Positions 49,748 through 59,651 are shown, counted from the first letter of the stretch. The stretch: 64,000 nucleotides of DNA from a virus (IMGVR_UViG_3300049740_002155); one strand, 5' to 3'. Notes: generated from the sequence alone by a model not told the origin. Translations and numbers: made by a program.

Positions 49748-50506
49748 GTGAAACCTTTGGGTGACCAAGTTCATAATTGTGATAATTTATCACTTTTAAA
49801 AAAACTTGATACAAACTGTATTGATTTAATTTATTGTGACATTTTATACGGAACAGGTAAAAAATTTAAAGATTATCAAGATTTAGAACCTGACCGACAG
49901 ATCATTGATACTCATTATATTCCTCGTTTACACGAAATGAAACGAGTATTAAAAACATCAGGAACAATTTATTTGCAAATGGATTTAAGAATTGTTCATT
50001 GGATACGTATTTTGATGGATAGTGTGTTTGGATATGATAATTTTAGAAATCAAATTGTTGTTAAATTTAATATCGGTGGTCGTGGAAAAAAAGAGTTTGC
50101 AAAAAAGCATGATTATATCATAGTTTACACGAAGTCAGACGAGTTTGTTTTTAATGATATGGATATTCGTATTCCATATAAATCCGTAATCAGTAAAAAA
50201 CAAGATAGACCAAACATCACAGACGAAAAATTAAAAATTGGAACGATACCTACAAATGTTTGGGACGATATTCCTTCCGGCCTGAAGGTAAAAAAGGCAA
50301 CTGATTATTATAGTGAAAAGCATCCTAAAATTTTAGAAAGAATAATCAAAGCAAGCAGTAACGAGGGTAATGTTGTTGCAGACTTTTATTGTGGAAGTGG
50401 AACTACATTGGATGTTGCTAAAAGTTTGAACCGTAAATTTATTGGATGTGACATCAACCCAAATGCAGTCAAAATTTCTAAAGAAAGATTGAGCAAAAAA
50501 AGTTAA
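49748..50506 (+). CDS. N6/N4 DNA methyltransferase (beta-type order) with variant catalytic motif
   Basis: DLIYCDILY at the DPPY position; EKHPKILERII and DFYCGSGTT (SAM-binding motif I) in the C-terminal half. Confidence 0.85.
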   Translation: MKPLGDQVHNCDNLSLLKKLDTNCIDLIYCDILYGTGKKFKDYQDLEPDRQIIDTHYIPRLHEMKRVLKTSGTIYLQMDLRIVHWIRILMDSVFGYDNFRNQIVVKFNIGGRGKKEFAKKHDYIIVYTKSDEFVFNDMDIRIPYKSVISKKQDRPNITDEKLKIGTIPTNVWDDIPSGLKVKKATDYYSEKHPKILERIIKASSNEGNVVADFYCGSGTTLDVAKSLNRKFIGCDINPNAVKISKERLSKKS

Positions 50507-50516
50507 TTTTTTTACC

Positions 50517-50553
50517 TTGAAATGTGTTTAAAATTCAAGTAAAATATATTTAT
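50517..50553 (+). promoter_or_regulatory. Sigma70-like promoter directly followed by ATATTTAT
   Basis: TTGAAA-N17-TAAAAT (50517-50545), then ATATTTAT (50546-50553). Confidence 0.5.
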
Positions 50554-50590
50554 ATATAGTAAATAAAACTGACTAAATAATAATTGAAAA

Positions 50591-50821
50591 ATGGATAATG
50601 AAGATAAAAAATACAATGCCTACGGCATTCGATTAGAAGTGTTAAAAAACGCAAAAGAAATGGTATGGGAAGCATGGCACATGGAAAAAGAAGAGTTGGA
50701 AAGTCGTGCCAGTTTTGAAAATACTCCCTTAGAAATACCACCAATTCCAACTACACACGAAGTATTAGAAATTGCTTCGGACTTTTACAATTTCGTTGAA
50801 AATGGCGGAAAATCTTCTTAA
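50591..50821 (+). CDS. Small hypothetical protein typical of T4-like phages
   Basis: NAYGIRLEVLKNAKEM...PTTHEVLEIASDFYNFV pattern. Confidence 0.7.
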   Translation: MDNEDKKYNAYGIRLEVLKNAKEMVWEAWHMEKEELESRASFENTPLEIPPIPTTHEVLEIASDFYNFVENGGKSS

Positions 50822-50836
50822 TTAATATCATTCTGA

Positions 50837-50865
50837 TTGACGAAATTCAAATCGAGTTGTATTAT
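50837..50865 (+). promoter_or_regulatory. Sigma70-like promoter upstream of ssb
   Basis: TTGACG-N17-TATTAT. Confidence 0.55.
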
Positions 50866-50907
50866 ATTAAGAATAATAATAACAAATACAAAATTAAGGA
50901 ATAAAAA

Positions 50908-51738
50908 ATGGCAATTGACCTAGATAAAATCAAAGCAAAACTTACGAACCTCTCTCAGAGTAACAATCGTAAGAACTATCAATGGAAACCCCAACCTGGA
51001 AAGCAACAGGTTCGTATCGTGCCTTACAAGCATCAACCAGATAATCCGTTTATTGAGTTGTTTTTTCATTACGGAATCAACAATCGGACTTATCTTTCTC
51101 CCAAGTCATTTGGTCGTCCAGACCCTATTGTTGAGTTTGCTGAAAAGTTAACTCGTAGTGGAGATAAAGATGATTATCGCATGGGACGTTCTCTTATGCC
51201 AAAAATGAGAACTTTTGTTCCTGTCATCGTTCGTGGTGAAGAAGCAGAAGGTGTTAGGTTTTGGGGATTTGGTAAAGAAGTTTACCAAGAACTATTAGGA
51301 GTCATTGCAGACCCCGATTACGGAGACATTACCGATGCAACTAATGGAAGAGATATTACAATAGAATTTCTTTCAGCAGAAGAAGCAGGAAGGTCATTTC
51401 CAAAGACTAATATTCGTGTTAAACCAAACACATCACCTATATCTGAAAATAAAAATATAGTTGATGGTGTTGCCAACAATCAAGCAGAAATCACAGAGAT
51501 TTATCAAGAATTAAGTTACGATGAATTGAAAGATGCTCTTGAAAAATGGGTAAGTGGAGAAACTGAAGAAGATGCTCCACCTGCCGAGTCAGTCACAGAC
51601 AACGCAGTTGTCGTTGAAGAAACACAAAAAGAAGTAAAGCAACCAACTGTTGCTAGTGCAACTTCTGAACAAAGCAAACCAAACGCAACTTCTACGGAAG
51701 ATGTAGAGGCTGCTTTTGAAGAGTTGTTCAAGTCTTAA
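50908..51738 (+). CDS. gp32: Single-stranded DNA-binding protein (T4 gp32-like)
   Basis: PFIELFFHY, GRPDPIVEF, GVRFWGFGK, DYGDITD, acidic C-terminal tail. Confidence 0.82.
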   Translation: MAIDLDKIKAKLTNLSQSNNRKNYQWKPQPGKQQVRIVPYKHQPDNPFIELFFHYGINNRTYLSPKSFGRPDPIVEFAEKLTRSGDKDDYRMGRSLMPKMRTFVPVIVRGEEAEGVRFWGFGKEVYQELLGVIADPDYGDITDATNGRDITIEFLSAEEAGRSFPKTNIRVKPNTSPISENKNIVDGVANNQAEITEIYQELSYDELKDALEKWVSGETEEDAPPAESVTDNAVVVEETQKEVKQPTVASATSEQSKPNATSTEDVEAAFEELFKS

Positions 51739-51744
51739 AACTAA

Positions 51745-51774
51745 GAGGGTGGTTGGAAAAATCCAACCACCCTC
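51745..51774. other. Perfect 13-bp hairpin without U-tract between ssb and uvsX
   Basis: GAGGGTGGTTGGA-AAAA-TCCAACCACCCTC. Confidence 0.8.
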
Positions 51775-51791
51775 ATATCAATTTAAAATTT

Positions 51792-52955
51792 ATGGCAAGA
51801 AAAAAAGAAGTAAAATCGACAAGCAAATCAGAAGATTTAGCATCTGTGTTAGCAGAAAGTTTAAACTCAGCATATAAAGATGAAGGTAAAGTAGCATTCT
51901 TTCTCAACGAGGGTGATGATCCATCGTTGATTTCCGACTGGATTCCAACAGGTAGTAGTTTACTTGATCTGGCAATTTCAAATCGTCCGAATGGTGGAAT
52001 TCCTGTGGGACGAATTACCGAAGTAACTGGACTAGAACAAAGTGGTAAAAGTTTGTTGTGTGGTCACATTCTTGCGGAAACTCAAAAGAAGGGAGGTGTT
52101 GCAGTGTATATTGACACGGAAACAAGTGTTAGTATTGAATATTTAACTGCTATTGGTGTTGATACAACTCAGTTGTTGTATGTTCATGTAGATACCGTAG
52201 AAGACATTTTTGCAACGATAGATAATATCATCGCAACAATTCGCAAAAGCAATAAAGATAGACTCGTTACTATTGTAACTGATAGTGTTGCAGCCGCATC
52301 AACAAAAGTAGAAATGTCAGCAGATTATAGCAAAGATGGATTTGCAACGACCAAAGCAATTTTGATTAGTAAAGCAATGCGTAAGTTAACTTCAACAATT
52401 GGACGTCAAAGAATTGCATTAGTATTCACCAACCAACTTCGTCAAAAGATGGGAGTTATGTTTGGTGATCCGTGGACAACAAGTGGTGGTAAAGCATTGG
52501 CATTCCACGCAAGTGTCCGTCTTCGTTTAAAGAATCTTGGACAAATCAAACAAGGTTCTACAACTGATGTAATTGGAAATAAATGCGAAGCAACAATCGT
52601 TAAGAATCGTATGGGTCCTCCCCAAAGAAAAGCAGCCTTTGAAATTTATTTCAATCGTGGTATTGATGATTTAGGGAGTTGGATTACCACACTTAAAACT
52701 CATAAAGTATTTAAGCAAGGTGGTGCATACTACACTTATACTGATTCTAAAGAAAATGAACACAAGTTTATGGCAAAAGAATTTCCAACTTTGTTAGCAG
52801 AAAATCCTGATTTAAAAGAGGAATTGTATACTCAAATATGCGACAAAGTGGTTATGCAGTATGAATCTGCAAATAGTGTCATTGACGAAGACGTTGAATT
52901 TGAAGATAACGATACAATTGCTGAACAAGAATTAGCATCTGTATCCGATGAGTGA
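51792..52955 (+). CDS. uvsX: RecA/UvsX recombinase
   Basis: IPTGSSLLDLAI, GLEQSGKS, YIDTE, VTDSVAA, FTNQLR, TSGGKALAFHASVRL; true start ATG 51792. Confidence 0.93.
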   Translation: MARKKEVKSTSKSEDLASVLAESLNSAYKDEGKVAFFLNEGDDPSLISDWIPTGSSLLDLAISNRPNGGIPVGRITEVTGLEQSGKSLLCGHILAETQKKGGVAVYIDTETSVSIEYLTAIGVDTTQLLYVHVDTVEDIFATIDNIIATIRKSNKDRLVTIVTDSVAAASTKVEMSADYSKDGFATTKAILISKAMRKLTSTIGRQRIALVFTNQLRQKMGVMFGDPWTTSGGKALAFHASVRLRLKNLGQIKQGSTTDVIGNKCEATIVKNRMGPPQRKAAFEIYFNRGIDDLGSWITTLKTHKVFKQGGAYYTYTDSKENEHKFMAKEFPTLLAENPDLKEELYTQICDKVVMQYESANSVIDEDVEFEDNDTIAEQELASVSDE

Positions 52956-54027
52956 TAAACGCAAAATATTCAGTTTATTTCAAGAGTTTTCAAAAGAGCA
53001 GAAAACTGAACTAGAAGTAGATAGAGATATAAATTCCGATGTACTTTTAGTGGATGGAATGAATACATTCATGCGTGTGTGGAGTATGTATCCAACTACA
53101 AATGAAAACGGAGATCATATCGGTGGTTACACCGGATTTCTAAAAAGTATTGGTCATGCTATTCGTTTAAGAAAACCTACACGATGTATTGTTGTGTTTG
53201 ATGGAAAGGGTGGTAGTACACGTAGAAGAAAAATATTTCCAGACTACAAAATGAAAAAGAATGTTCGGTTTAGGGTAAACCGTGCGTTGAGTTTGGATAT
53301 GGATCAAACTGAAGAATCAAGTTCGATGAAGTATCAGATTGTGAAACTCATTGAATATCTTAATATGCTTCCTGTTACAACGATTTGCATGGACAATGTA
53401 GAAGCAGATGATGTCATGGCATTACTTGCTCGTTCTTATTTCAGTGGTCTTGGTAAAAAGTGTACTATAATGAGTACCGATAAAGATTTTCTTCAACTTG
53501 TAGACGAAGATGTTACTGTTTATAGTCCAACTAAAAGAACGGTTTACACTCCTGAAAAAGTATCACTTGAATATGGAATACATCCTAATAACTTTTTATT
53601 GTATAGAACAATAGACGGAGACCGTGGAGATAATATAGATGGAATGAAAGGTGTTGGTGAGAAAAAACTAAAAACTGCATTTCCTGAATTATCAACCGAA
53701 GCAAAATTATCAGTTGATGATTTACTAAAAATTTCCGAAGAAAAGAAAAAAGAAATGCCATTGTATAAAAATTTTCTAAAAGAAGAAAATCAAAGTTTGT
53801 TAAAACGAAATTACGATTTAATGCAATTGGTAGATTCTATTCTTCCTGCAAGTATGCAGACAAAAATATTCGACCACGTCGATTCACCTGTAACAGAATT
53901 AAACAAGTTTGAATTTAGTAAAAAATTTGCTGAAGATCAACTATGGGCTGCGTTTCCAAACCACCACACTTGGTTAATGGAAACGTGGACAATTCTGAAT
54001 AACTATGCGATTTCTTCACAATCGTAA
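52948..54027 (+). CDS. rnh: RNase H / 5'-3' flap exonuclease (T4 Rnh-like)
   Basis: LLVDGMN, VFDGKGGS, YKMKK, EADDVMA, STDKDFLQL, GDRGDNIDG. Confidence 0.88.
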   Translation: MSDKRKIFSLFQEFSKEQKTELEVDRDINSDVLLVDGMNTFMRVWSMYPTTNENGDHIGGYTGFLKSIGHAIRLRKPTRCIVVFDGKGGSTRRRKIFPDYKMKKNVRFRVNRALSLDMDQTEESSSMKYQIVKLIEYLNMLPVTTICMDNVEADDVMALLARSYFSGLGKKCTIMSTDKDFLQLVDEDVTVYSPTKRTVYTPEKVSLEYGIHPNNFLLYRTIDGDRGDNIDGMKGVGEKKLKTAFPELSTEAKLSVDDLLKISEEKKKEMPLYKNFLKEENQSLLKRNYDLMQLVDSILPASMQTKIFDHVDSPVTELNKFEFSKKFAEDQLWAAFPNHHTWLMETWTILNNYAISSQS

Positions 54028-54083
54028 TTTTTTTAAAAAAAGTCTTGATTGGATTCCAATCATTTGATAATCTATTTTAATAT

Positions 54084-55496
54084 ATGACGGAGACAAATAA
54101 TAATGTAGATACTTTACAAAAGTTCGGTACTGCATTTCAAAGTAAAACCATTCGTGCTTTAATTGACGATAAAAAGTTCTTAGAAAGAACTCACGATATT
54201 ATTGAAACTGAATATTGGGAAAGTGAAGCACATAAATGGATTGTAGATGAAATTTTAACGCACTACGATAAGTATAAAAGAACAACTACACTTGATGTAT
54301 TTAAAATTAAGTGCGATGATGTAAACATTGATTCATTAAAGGCTGCAATCATTGATCAACTTAGAAGCATATTCACGCAGGTTGACACAAATGATGCGGA
54401 GTTTGTTAAAAATGAGTTTTTAAACTTTTGTAAAAATCAAAAACTTAAAAATGCAATTATGCAAAGTGTTGACTTTCTTAAAGGTGGTCAATACGACTCT
54501 ATTAAACGAATTGTAGATGATGCACTCAAAGCAGGAACTGAACGTGATATTGGTCACGATTATGCACGTGACATTGATTTAAGAATGTCAGAAACTGCAC
54601 GGGATACCATCAATACAGGTTGGGAAGTAATCGATGATTTGACTAATGGTGGATTGGGACCCGGAGAACTTGGTGTTATTATCAGTAGTGCAGGAGGTGG
54701 TAAAAGTTGGTGTTTGGCATCACTTGGTAAATCAGCAATGCAAAGTGGTAAAAATGTATTGCATTATACTTTAGAACTTAATGAGTGTTATGTTGGACTT
54801 CGTTACGATAGTTGTTTCACAGGAATTCCGTTCCAAGATATTACGGACTACGAAGAAAAAGTTAAGAATGTAGTTTCAACTATTAAAGGAAAACTTCTTA
54901 TTAAAGAATATCCAACAAAAAGTGTAGGAGTTAGTACAATTCTTGCACACGCAAATTTAGCAAATACAATGGGATATCCTGTTGATATGGTGGTAATTGA
55001 TTATGCAGATATTTTATCTCCGGGTAAAGTGTCTAATAATGCAAATACCTATGTAGAACAAGGTGGTATTTATGAGGACTTACGAGGCCTTGCGGGCGAA
55101 CTCGGAGTACCTGTATGGACGGCATCTCAAGCAAGTCGTTCGTCATTGGATGATAATATTATTGAAGCACAAAAAGTTGCGGATAGTTATCGGAAAATAA
55201 TGACGGCAGACTTTGTTATAAGTTTGTCGAGAAAGGCAACTGACAAGGTTAGTAATACAGGAAGATTTCATGTTATCAAAAATCGTTTTGGGGCAGATGG
55301 CATGACTTTTCCAAGTAGAGTAGACACATCTTCGGGTGTTATTGAAATATATGATGAGCAAAGTACAAAGGGTGCGGAAATAATGGTGGAAATGAATGAT
55401 TCCGAGAATGGTGCAAAGAATCTTTTAAAATCCAAGTACGACCAAATGAACAATAAAAATTCATATAATAACGAAGATAGTGTTGATATTGGTTAA
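54084..55496 (+). CDS. gp41: Replicative DNA helicase (DnaB / T4 gp41-like)
   Basis: GELGVIISSAGGGKS, HYTLEL, IDYADIL, WTASQ, KNRFG. Confidence 0.9.
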   Translation: MTETNNNVDTLQKFGTAFQSKTIRALIDDKKFLERTHDIIETEYWESEAHKWIVDEILTHYDKYKRTTTLDVFKIKCDDVNIDSLKAAIIDQLRSIFTQVDTNDAEFVKNEFLNFCKNQKLKNAIMQSVDFLKGGQYDSIKRIVDDALKAGTERDIGHDYARDIDLRMSETARDTINTGWEVIDDLTNGGLGPGELGVIISSAGGGKSWCLASLGKSAMQSGKNVLHYTLELNECYVGLRYDSCFTGIPFQDITDYEEKVKNVVSTIKGKLLIKEYPTKSVGVSTILAHANLANTMGYPVDMVVIDYADILSPGKVSNNANTYVEQGGIYEDLRGLAGELGVPVWTASQASRSSLDDNIIEAQKVADSYRKIMTADFVISLSRKATDKVSNTGRFHVIKNRFGADGMTFPSRVDTSSGVIEIYDEQSTKGAEIMVEMNDSENGAKNLLKSKYDQMNNKNSYNNEDSVDIG

Positions 55497-55543
55497 AAAA
55501 TTCTGTATATATAGTATGTATGTTTACGCAGAAATTCGTAAAT

Positions 55544-55551
55544 ATATTTAT
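55544..55551 (+). promoter_or_regulatory. ATATTTAT motif upstream of nrdA
   Basis: Intergenic. Confidence 0.45.
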
Positions 55552-55598
55552 ATAATTAAATTATAATGTTAATATAAAAATCTAACAAAAGGTTACAA

Positions 55599-58082
55599 GT
55601 GAAAGTAAAAAAAAGAAACGGCAGATTAGAAGACTTCAATGTTGATAAAATCAACAAATGTGCTGAGAGGGCCTCGAAAAATTTAGATAACGTTAGTGCA
55701 AGTGAAGTTTTGATTGATGCCAAAATCAAGTTGTATGATAAAGTTACAACGGTAGAAATAGACAAATCACTTATTATGAGTGCGAGGTCTAAAATTGAGT
55801 TTGAACCGAATTATGCTTATATGGCTGCGAGAATGCTTCTTAATACAATTTACAAAGAAGTTTTTGGTGAGGGAGTAGATAGTGATGCTTTTGAACTTCA
55901 GTATCGTAAAAGTTTTATTACGAATATGCGTAGATTAGTCCGTGAAGAAATTCTCAATGAAGAACTTCTTGAGTGTTTTGATTTACGTGAATTGAGTGAT
56001 AAACTTAATATTGAACGAGAAAAGGATTGGAAGTATCTTGGTATTCAAACGATATACGATAGGTATCTTCTTCACATAAACAATCGTAGAATGGAAACAC
56101 CACAAGCAATGTGGATGCGTATTGCTATGGGTCTTGCGTTGAATGAGAAACCTGAAGAACGTCAAGCATATGCAATTAAGTTTTATGAAACACTTAGTTG
56201 CTTTGACGTAGTAAGTTCCACACCAACTTTATTTAATAGTGGAACAACTCATAGTCAGTTGAGTAGTTGTTATCTAAATACTTTTGATGATTCTATTGAT
56301 GGAATATTTGATGGAATTTGGCAAGAAGCAAGAAAAAGTAAGTTTGCAGGAGGCCTTGGATTTGATATTACCAATTTCCGTGCAAGAGGAAGTTATATCA
56401 AAGGAACAAACGGAATCAACCAAGGACCAGTTTACTTTTGGAAACTTTACAATGATATGCTCGTTGCAGTTAATCAAGGTGGTAAAAGAAAAGGTGCAGG
56501 ATGTGCATATCTTGAAACCTGGCACGCAGATATTGAAGACTTTTTGGCATTAAGAAAAACTGTAGGTGATGACAGAATGCGTTGTCACGATATGAATACT
56601 GCAAATTGGATTCCTGATTTGTTTATGAAGCAAGTTGAATCAGACGGTCCTTGGTATTTGTTTAGTCCAAATGAAACACCTGAGTTGCACGAAATTTTTG
56701 GTGAAAAATTTGAAAAGAAGTATTGGAAGTATGTTAAAAAAGGTCAAGAAGGTGAACTTAGTGTTTTTCGTGAAGTAAAAGCAAAAGACCTTTGGAAGAA
56801 GATGTTGAAAAGTATTTTTGAAACAGGACATCCTTGGGTTACATTCAAAGACCCAAGTAACATTCGTTATAGCAATCAACACGAAGGAACGGTTCATAGT
56901 AGCAATCTGTGTACAGAAATTCTTCTTCACACAAAACCAACTATTCACGACAACGAAGGAACTCGTTCCGTAAAAGAGTATGGAGAAACTGCAACTTGTA
57001 ATTTAGCAAGTGTGAATTTGAAACGACACGTTGATGTAAACAAACACGGAGAAAAATCTATTGATTACAAAAAACTTGAAAGTAGTGTAAAAACTGCAAT
57101 GCGTATGTTGGATAATGTCATTGATCTTAATTATTATCCGACTGAAGAATCACGTAAAAGTAATATGAATCATCGTCCTGTTGGTCTTGGAACAATGGGT
57201 TGGCACGATATGTTTTATGAGTTTAATGTTAATTACGAAAGTGATGATGCGATTCGTATTTCCGATGAAATTTACGAAAACATTTCTTATTTCGCAATTG
57301 AAGCATCTTCTGATATGGCACTTGATCGTGAAACTTATAGTTCATATTCAGGAAGTCTTTGGAGTCAAGGAACATTTCCAATTGATACTTGGAAGCAAGT
57401 GATGAAACTTCGTGGTAATTCCGATGAAGTTGAACTTAGAAAAGATTGGGATGCTCTTAAAAAGAAAGTTGCTAATCAAGGAATGCGTAATTCCAATACA
57501 ATGGCAATCGCACCAACTGCAACAATCAGTTACATCGCAGGATGTTCACAAAGCATTGAACCAAACTTCGGTGTTATTTTCGTATACTCTACATTAAGTG
57601 GTGAATTCACAATGATGAATGAATATTTTGTCAACGATATGAAAGCAGAAGGATTGTGGACAAAAGAACTTGCTAACTTAGTTAAAAGTGTAGATGGAGA
57701 TTTACAGAAACTTAATGGGGCAATTCCACCTTGGATTAAAGACAAGTATAAAACTGCATTTCAACAAGATCAATTTAAACTTATTGATTGTGCAGCCTCT
57801 CGTCAAAAGTGGATTGACCAAGGACAAAGTCTAAATCTTTACAACGACAAAAGTAGTATGAAGTTTCTTAACGATGTTTATTTCCACGCATGGAAAAGTG
57901 GTTTGAAGACAACTTATTATCTTCGTAATCTGGCTGCAAGTGCCGTTGAGAAAAGCACAGGAGTTAATGTAGAAGAGCAAACGACTGAAACTGAAAATGA
58001 AGAATCAGAGGGTGAACCATCTCCATCACTATGTAGTTTAGAAGCAAAAATGCGTGGGGAAGTCTGCGAAAGTTGTCAATAA
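55599..58082 (+). CDS. nrdA: Ribonucleotide reductase class Ia alpha subunit with ATP cone
   Basis: VKKRNG ATP cone, STPTLFNSG, LSSCYL, SSNLCTEI, APTATIS, DQGQSLNLY, LKTTYYLR, C-terminal CESCQ; GTG start. Confidence 0.96.
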   Translation: MKVKKRNGRLEDFNVDKINKCAERASKNLDNVSASEVLIDAKIKLYDKVTTVEIDKSLIMSARSKIEFEPNYAYMAARMLLNTIYKEVFGEGVDSDAFELQYRKSFITNMRRLVREEILNEELLECFDLRELSDKLNIEREKDWKYLGIQTIYDRYLLHINNRRMETPQAMWMRIAMGLALNEKPEERQAYAIKFYETLSCFDVVSSTPTLFNSGTTHSQLSSCYLNTFDDSIDGIFDGIWQEARKSKFAGGLGFDITNFRARGSYIKGTNGINQGPVYFWKLYNDMLVAVNQGGKRKGAGCAYLETWHADIEDFLALRKTVGDDRMRCHDMNTANWIPDLFMKQVESDGPWYLFSPNETPELHEIFGEKFEKKYWKYVKKGQEGELSVFREVKAKDLWKKMLKSIFETGHPWVTFKDPSNIRYSNQHEGTVHSSNLCTEILLHTKPTIHDNEGTRSVKEYGETATCNLASVNLKRHVDVNKHGEKSIDYKKLESSVKTAMRMLDNVIDLNYYPTEESRKSNMNHRPVGLGTMGWHDMFYEFNVNYESDDAIRISDEIYENISYFAIEASSDMALDRETYSSYSGSLWSQGTFPIDTWKQVMKLRGNSDEVELRKDWDALKKKVANQGMRNSNTMAIAPTATISYIAGCSQSIEPNFGVIFVYSTLSGEFTMMNEYFVNDMKAEGLWTKELANLVKSVDGDLQKLNGAIPPWIKDKYKTAFQQDQFKLIDCAASRQKWIDQGQSLNLYNDKSSMKFLNDVYFHAWKSGLKTTYYLRNLAASAVEKSTGVNVEEQTTETENEESEGEPSPSLCSLEAKMRGEVCESCQ

Positions 58083-58092
58083 TTTAATGTAA

Positions 58093-58121
58093 TTGACTTA
58101 AAACCTTTATTGGGGTAATAT
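58093..58121 (+). promoter_or_regulatory. Sigma70-like promoter upstream of the protease
   Basis: TTGACT-N17-TAATAT; AGGAGG SD downstream. Confidence 0.5.
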
Positions 58122-58164
58122 ATATGAATATATTATTAACCAATCAACCCAGGAGGGTAAACCA

Positions 58165-59193
58165 ATGAATTCAAGCAAGATTTTCGCAATCGTGGCCTTT
58201 ATGGCAATCTCCGTCAATGTTATTTTCGGAGCACCAAATCACAAACAATTAAGGGAAGTTGCGGATCACTTGCAAGATGTATCGGTTACAATAAAAGCAA
58301 AAGCACGATATAGTAGTTCAGAAGGTTCTGGTGCAATGATTATCCGTGAAGTTGACGGAAAAAAAGTTACATTTGTTTGGACGGCTGCTCATGTTGTAGA
58401 TAATCTTCGTAAAGTTCGTAGTGTCATTGAAGGTGGTGCTCCTGTAAAGATCGTTGAATTTGATGATGCATCAATTGTAAAAGAACTTGTGGAAAAAGGT
58501 CGTAGAGTTGGTGAAATGAAAATGGATGCTAAGATCATCAAGTATTCAAATGCTGACGATGGACACGATTTGGCACTTCTTATGGTTCGTGCAAAAGACT
58601 ACGCAAAAGACGGAGTTGATTTTTATCTCAAAGAAGATAACGACAGAATAATTCCAATTGGAACTGATTTATTCCACGTTGGTTCATTGCTTGGTCAAAT
58701 GGGTGCTAATTCAATGACAACTGGAATTATTTCACAAGTCGGAAGAACTCTTGATAAATTTGAATACGATCAAACAACCGTTACTGCTTTTCCAGGAAGT
58801 TCTGGAGGTGGAGTTTATTTGCAAAACGGACAATATGTAGGAATGATTGTTCGTGGTGCAGGTGAAGGATTTAATTTGATGGTCCCTGTACGAAGAATGA
58901 TTCGTTGGGCAGAAAAGAATGACATTATGTGGGCAATTGATCCTAAAGTTGAAATGCCACCTATGGACGAAATTCTAAGTATGCAAATTGAAGACACCGG
59001 AGTCATTCGCAAGAATGATGACGAAGACGAAGACGAGTATAGCATAAAGTCTGCGTTTCCATATAGAATTAAAACTGAGTATAAATTTGACAATAAATTA
59101 TTAAATGGATTTGATAAATCTGAAGAGTTTGGAAAAGAATTAAAGATTATGCCATTTGATGGAATGAGTCCTTACAAGATTGAGCATAGATAA
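58165..59193 (+). CDS. Secreted trypsin-like (S1) serine protease
   Basis: Signal peptide; catalytic triad motifs WTAAHVV, DLALL, PGSSGGG. Confidence 0.88.
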   Translation: MNSSKIFAIVAFMAISVNVIFGAPNHKQLREVADHLQDVSVTIKAKARYSSSEGSGAMIIREVDGKKVTFVWTAAHVVDNLRKVRSVIEGGAPVKIVEFDDASIVKELVEKGRRVGEMKMDAKIIKYSNADDGHDLALLMVRAKDYAKDGVDFYLKEDNDRIIPIGTDLFHVGSLLGQMGANSMTTGIISQVGRTLDKFEYDQTTVTAFPGSSGGGVYLQNGQYVGMIVRGAGEGFNLMVPVRRMIRWAEKNDIMWAIDPKVEMPPMDEILSMQIEDTGVIRKNDDEDEDEYSIKSAFPYRIKTEYKFDNKLLNGFDKSEEFGKELKIMPFDGMSPYKIEHR

Positions 59194-59651
59194 TGCGTTT
59201 TTTTGTTAGGTTTTTAATTGTTACATATATTACTTTATTATCACCCTTGGTTACTTCGTGTGCCGAGGGTGATGGGTTTATAAAAGCACCACCTCCGAAA
59301 AACGAATTTAAAGGTTGGCAGACTTTAATTAATCCTGTGCTTCAAAAGTCATATGAGGAATATCAAAAAAATAAATTGTTAAAAGAGCAATTTGAAAAAG
59401 ATATTAGAAGATATGGAACATTAACAAAAGATGATTTAAATCTTGCTATGATGATACATCGTTTTAATTTAAAAAGAGGAGATGTTGACCAGTATACATA
59501 CAATGAATGTACAAAATGGATGAAGATATATGAGACAGAAATCGAAATTGCAAGGAAAAATTACGATGGTCCTGCGTATGTATTCTTTTTTGAAGAGTTT
59601 GTTAAATTAACTTTTATTCGTGCAGGTGTTGATAAACTGGGAACACTTTGA
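59193..59651 (+). CDS. Predicted lipoprotein, hypothetical
   Basis: Hydrophobic N-terminus ending LVTSC; TAATG coupling. Confidence 0.6.
   Translation: MRFFVRFLIVTYITLLSPLVTSCAEGDGFIKAPPPKNEFKGWQTLINPVLQKSYEEYQKNKLLKEQFEKDIRRYGTLTKDDLNLAMMIHRFNLKRGDVDQYTYNECTKWMKIYETEIEIARKNYDGPAYVFFFEEFVKLTFIRAGVDKLGTL

Noticed and set aside
51753-51791. ORF-track N-terminal extensions for UvsX (51753), PrkA (44862), 44392, 7351, 16172 and 61170
   Set aside because: They start at non-ATG codons, inside hairpins or within upstream genes; downstream ATGs fit SD/overlap patterns better
55501-55520. NrdR-box-like GTATATATAG upstream of nrdA
   Set aside because: Flanks do not match the consensus, and similar TATATATAGT occurs elsewhere (about 50551) in AT-rich spacers
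55516-55566. 16-codon ORF (MYVYAEIRKYIYIIKL) upstream of nrdA
   Set aside because: No SD or promoter geometry; it overlaps the ATATTTAT motif and is likely a chance ORF in AT-rich DNA
8517-58082. Inteins, group I introns or homing endonucleases in terminase, UvsX, helicase or nrdA
   Set aside because: Protein lengths and motif spacing are normal; no intein termini or HNH/GIY-YIG/LAGLIDADG ORFs were seen
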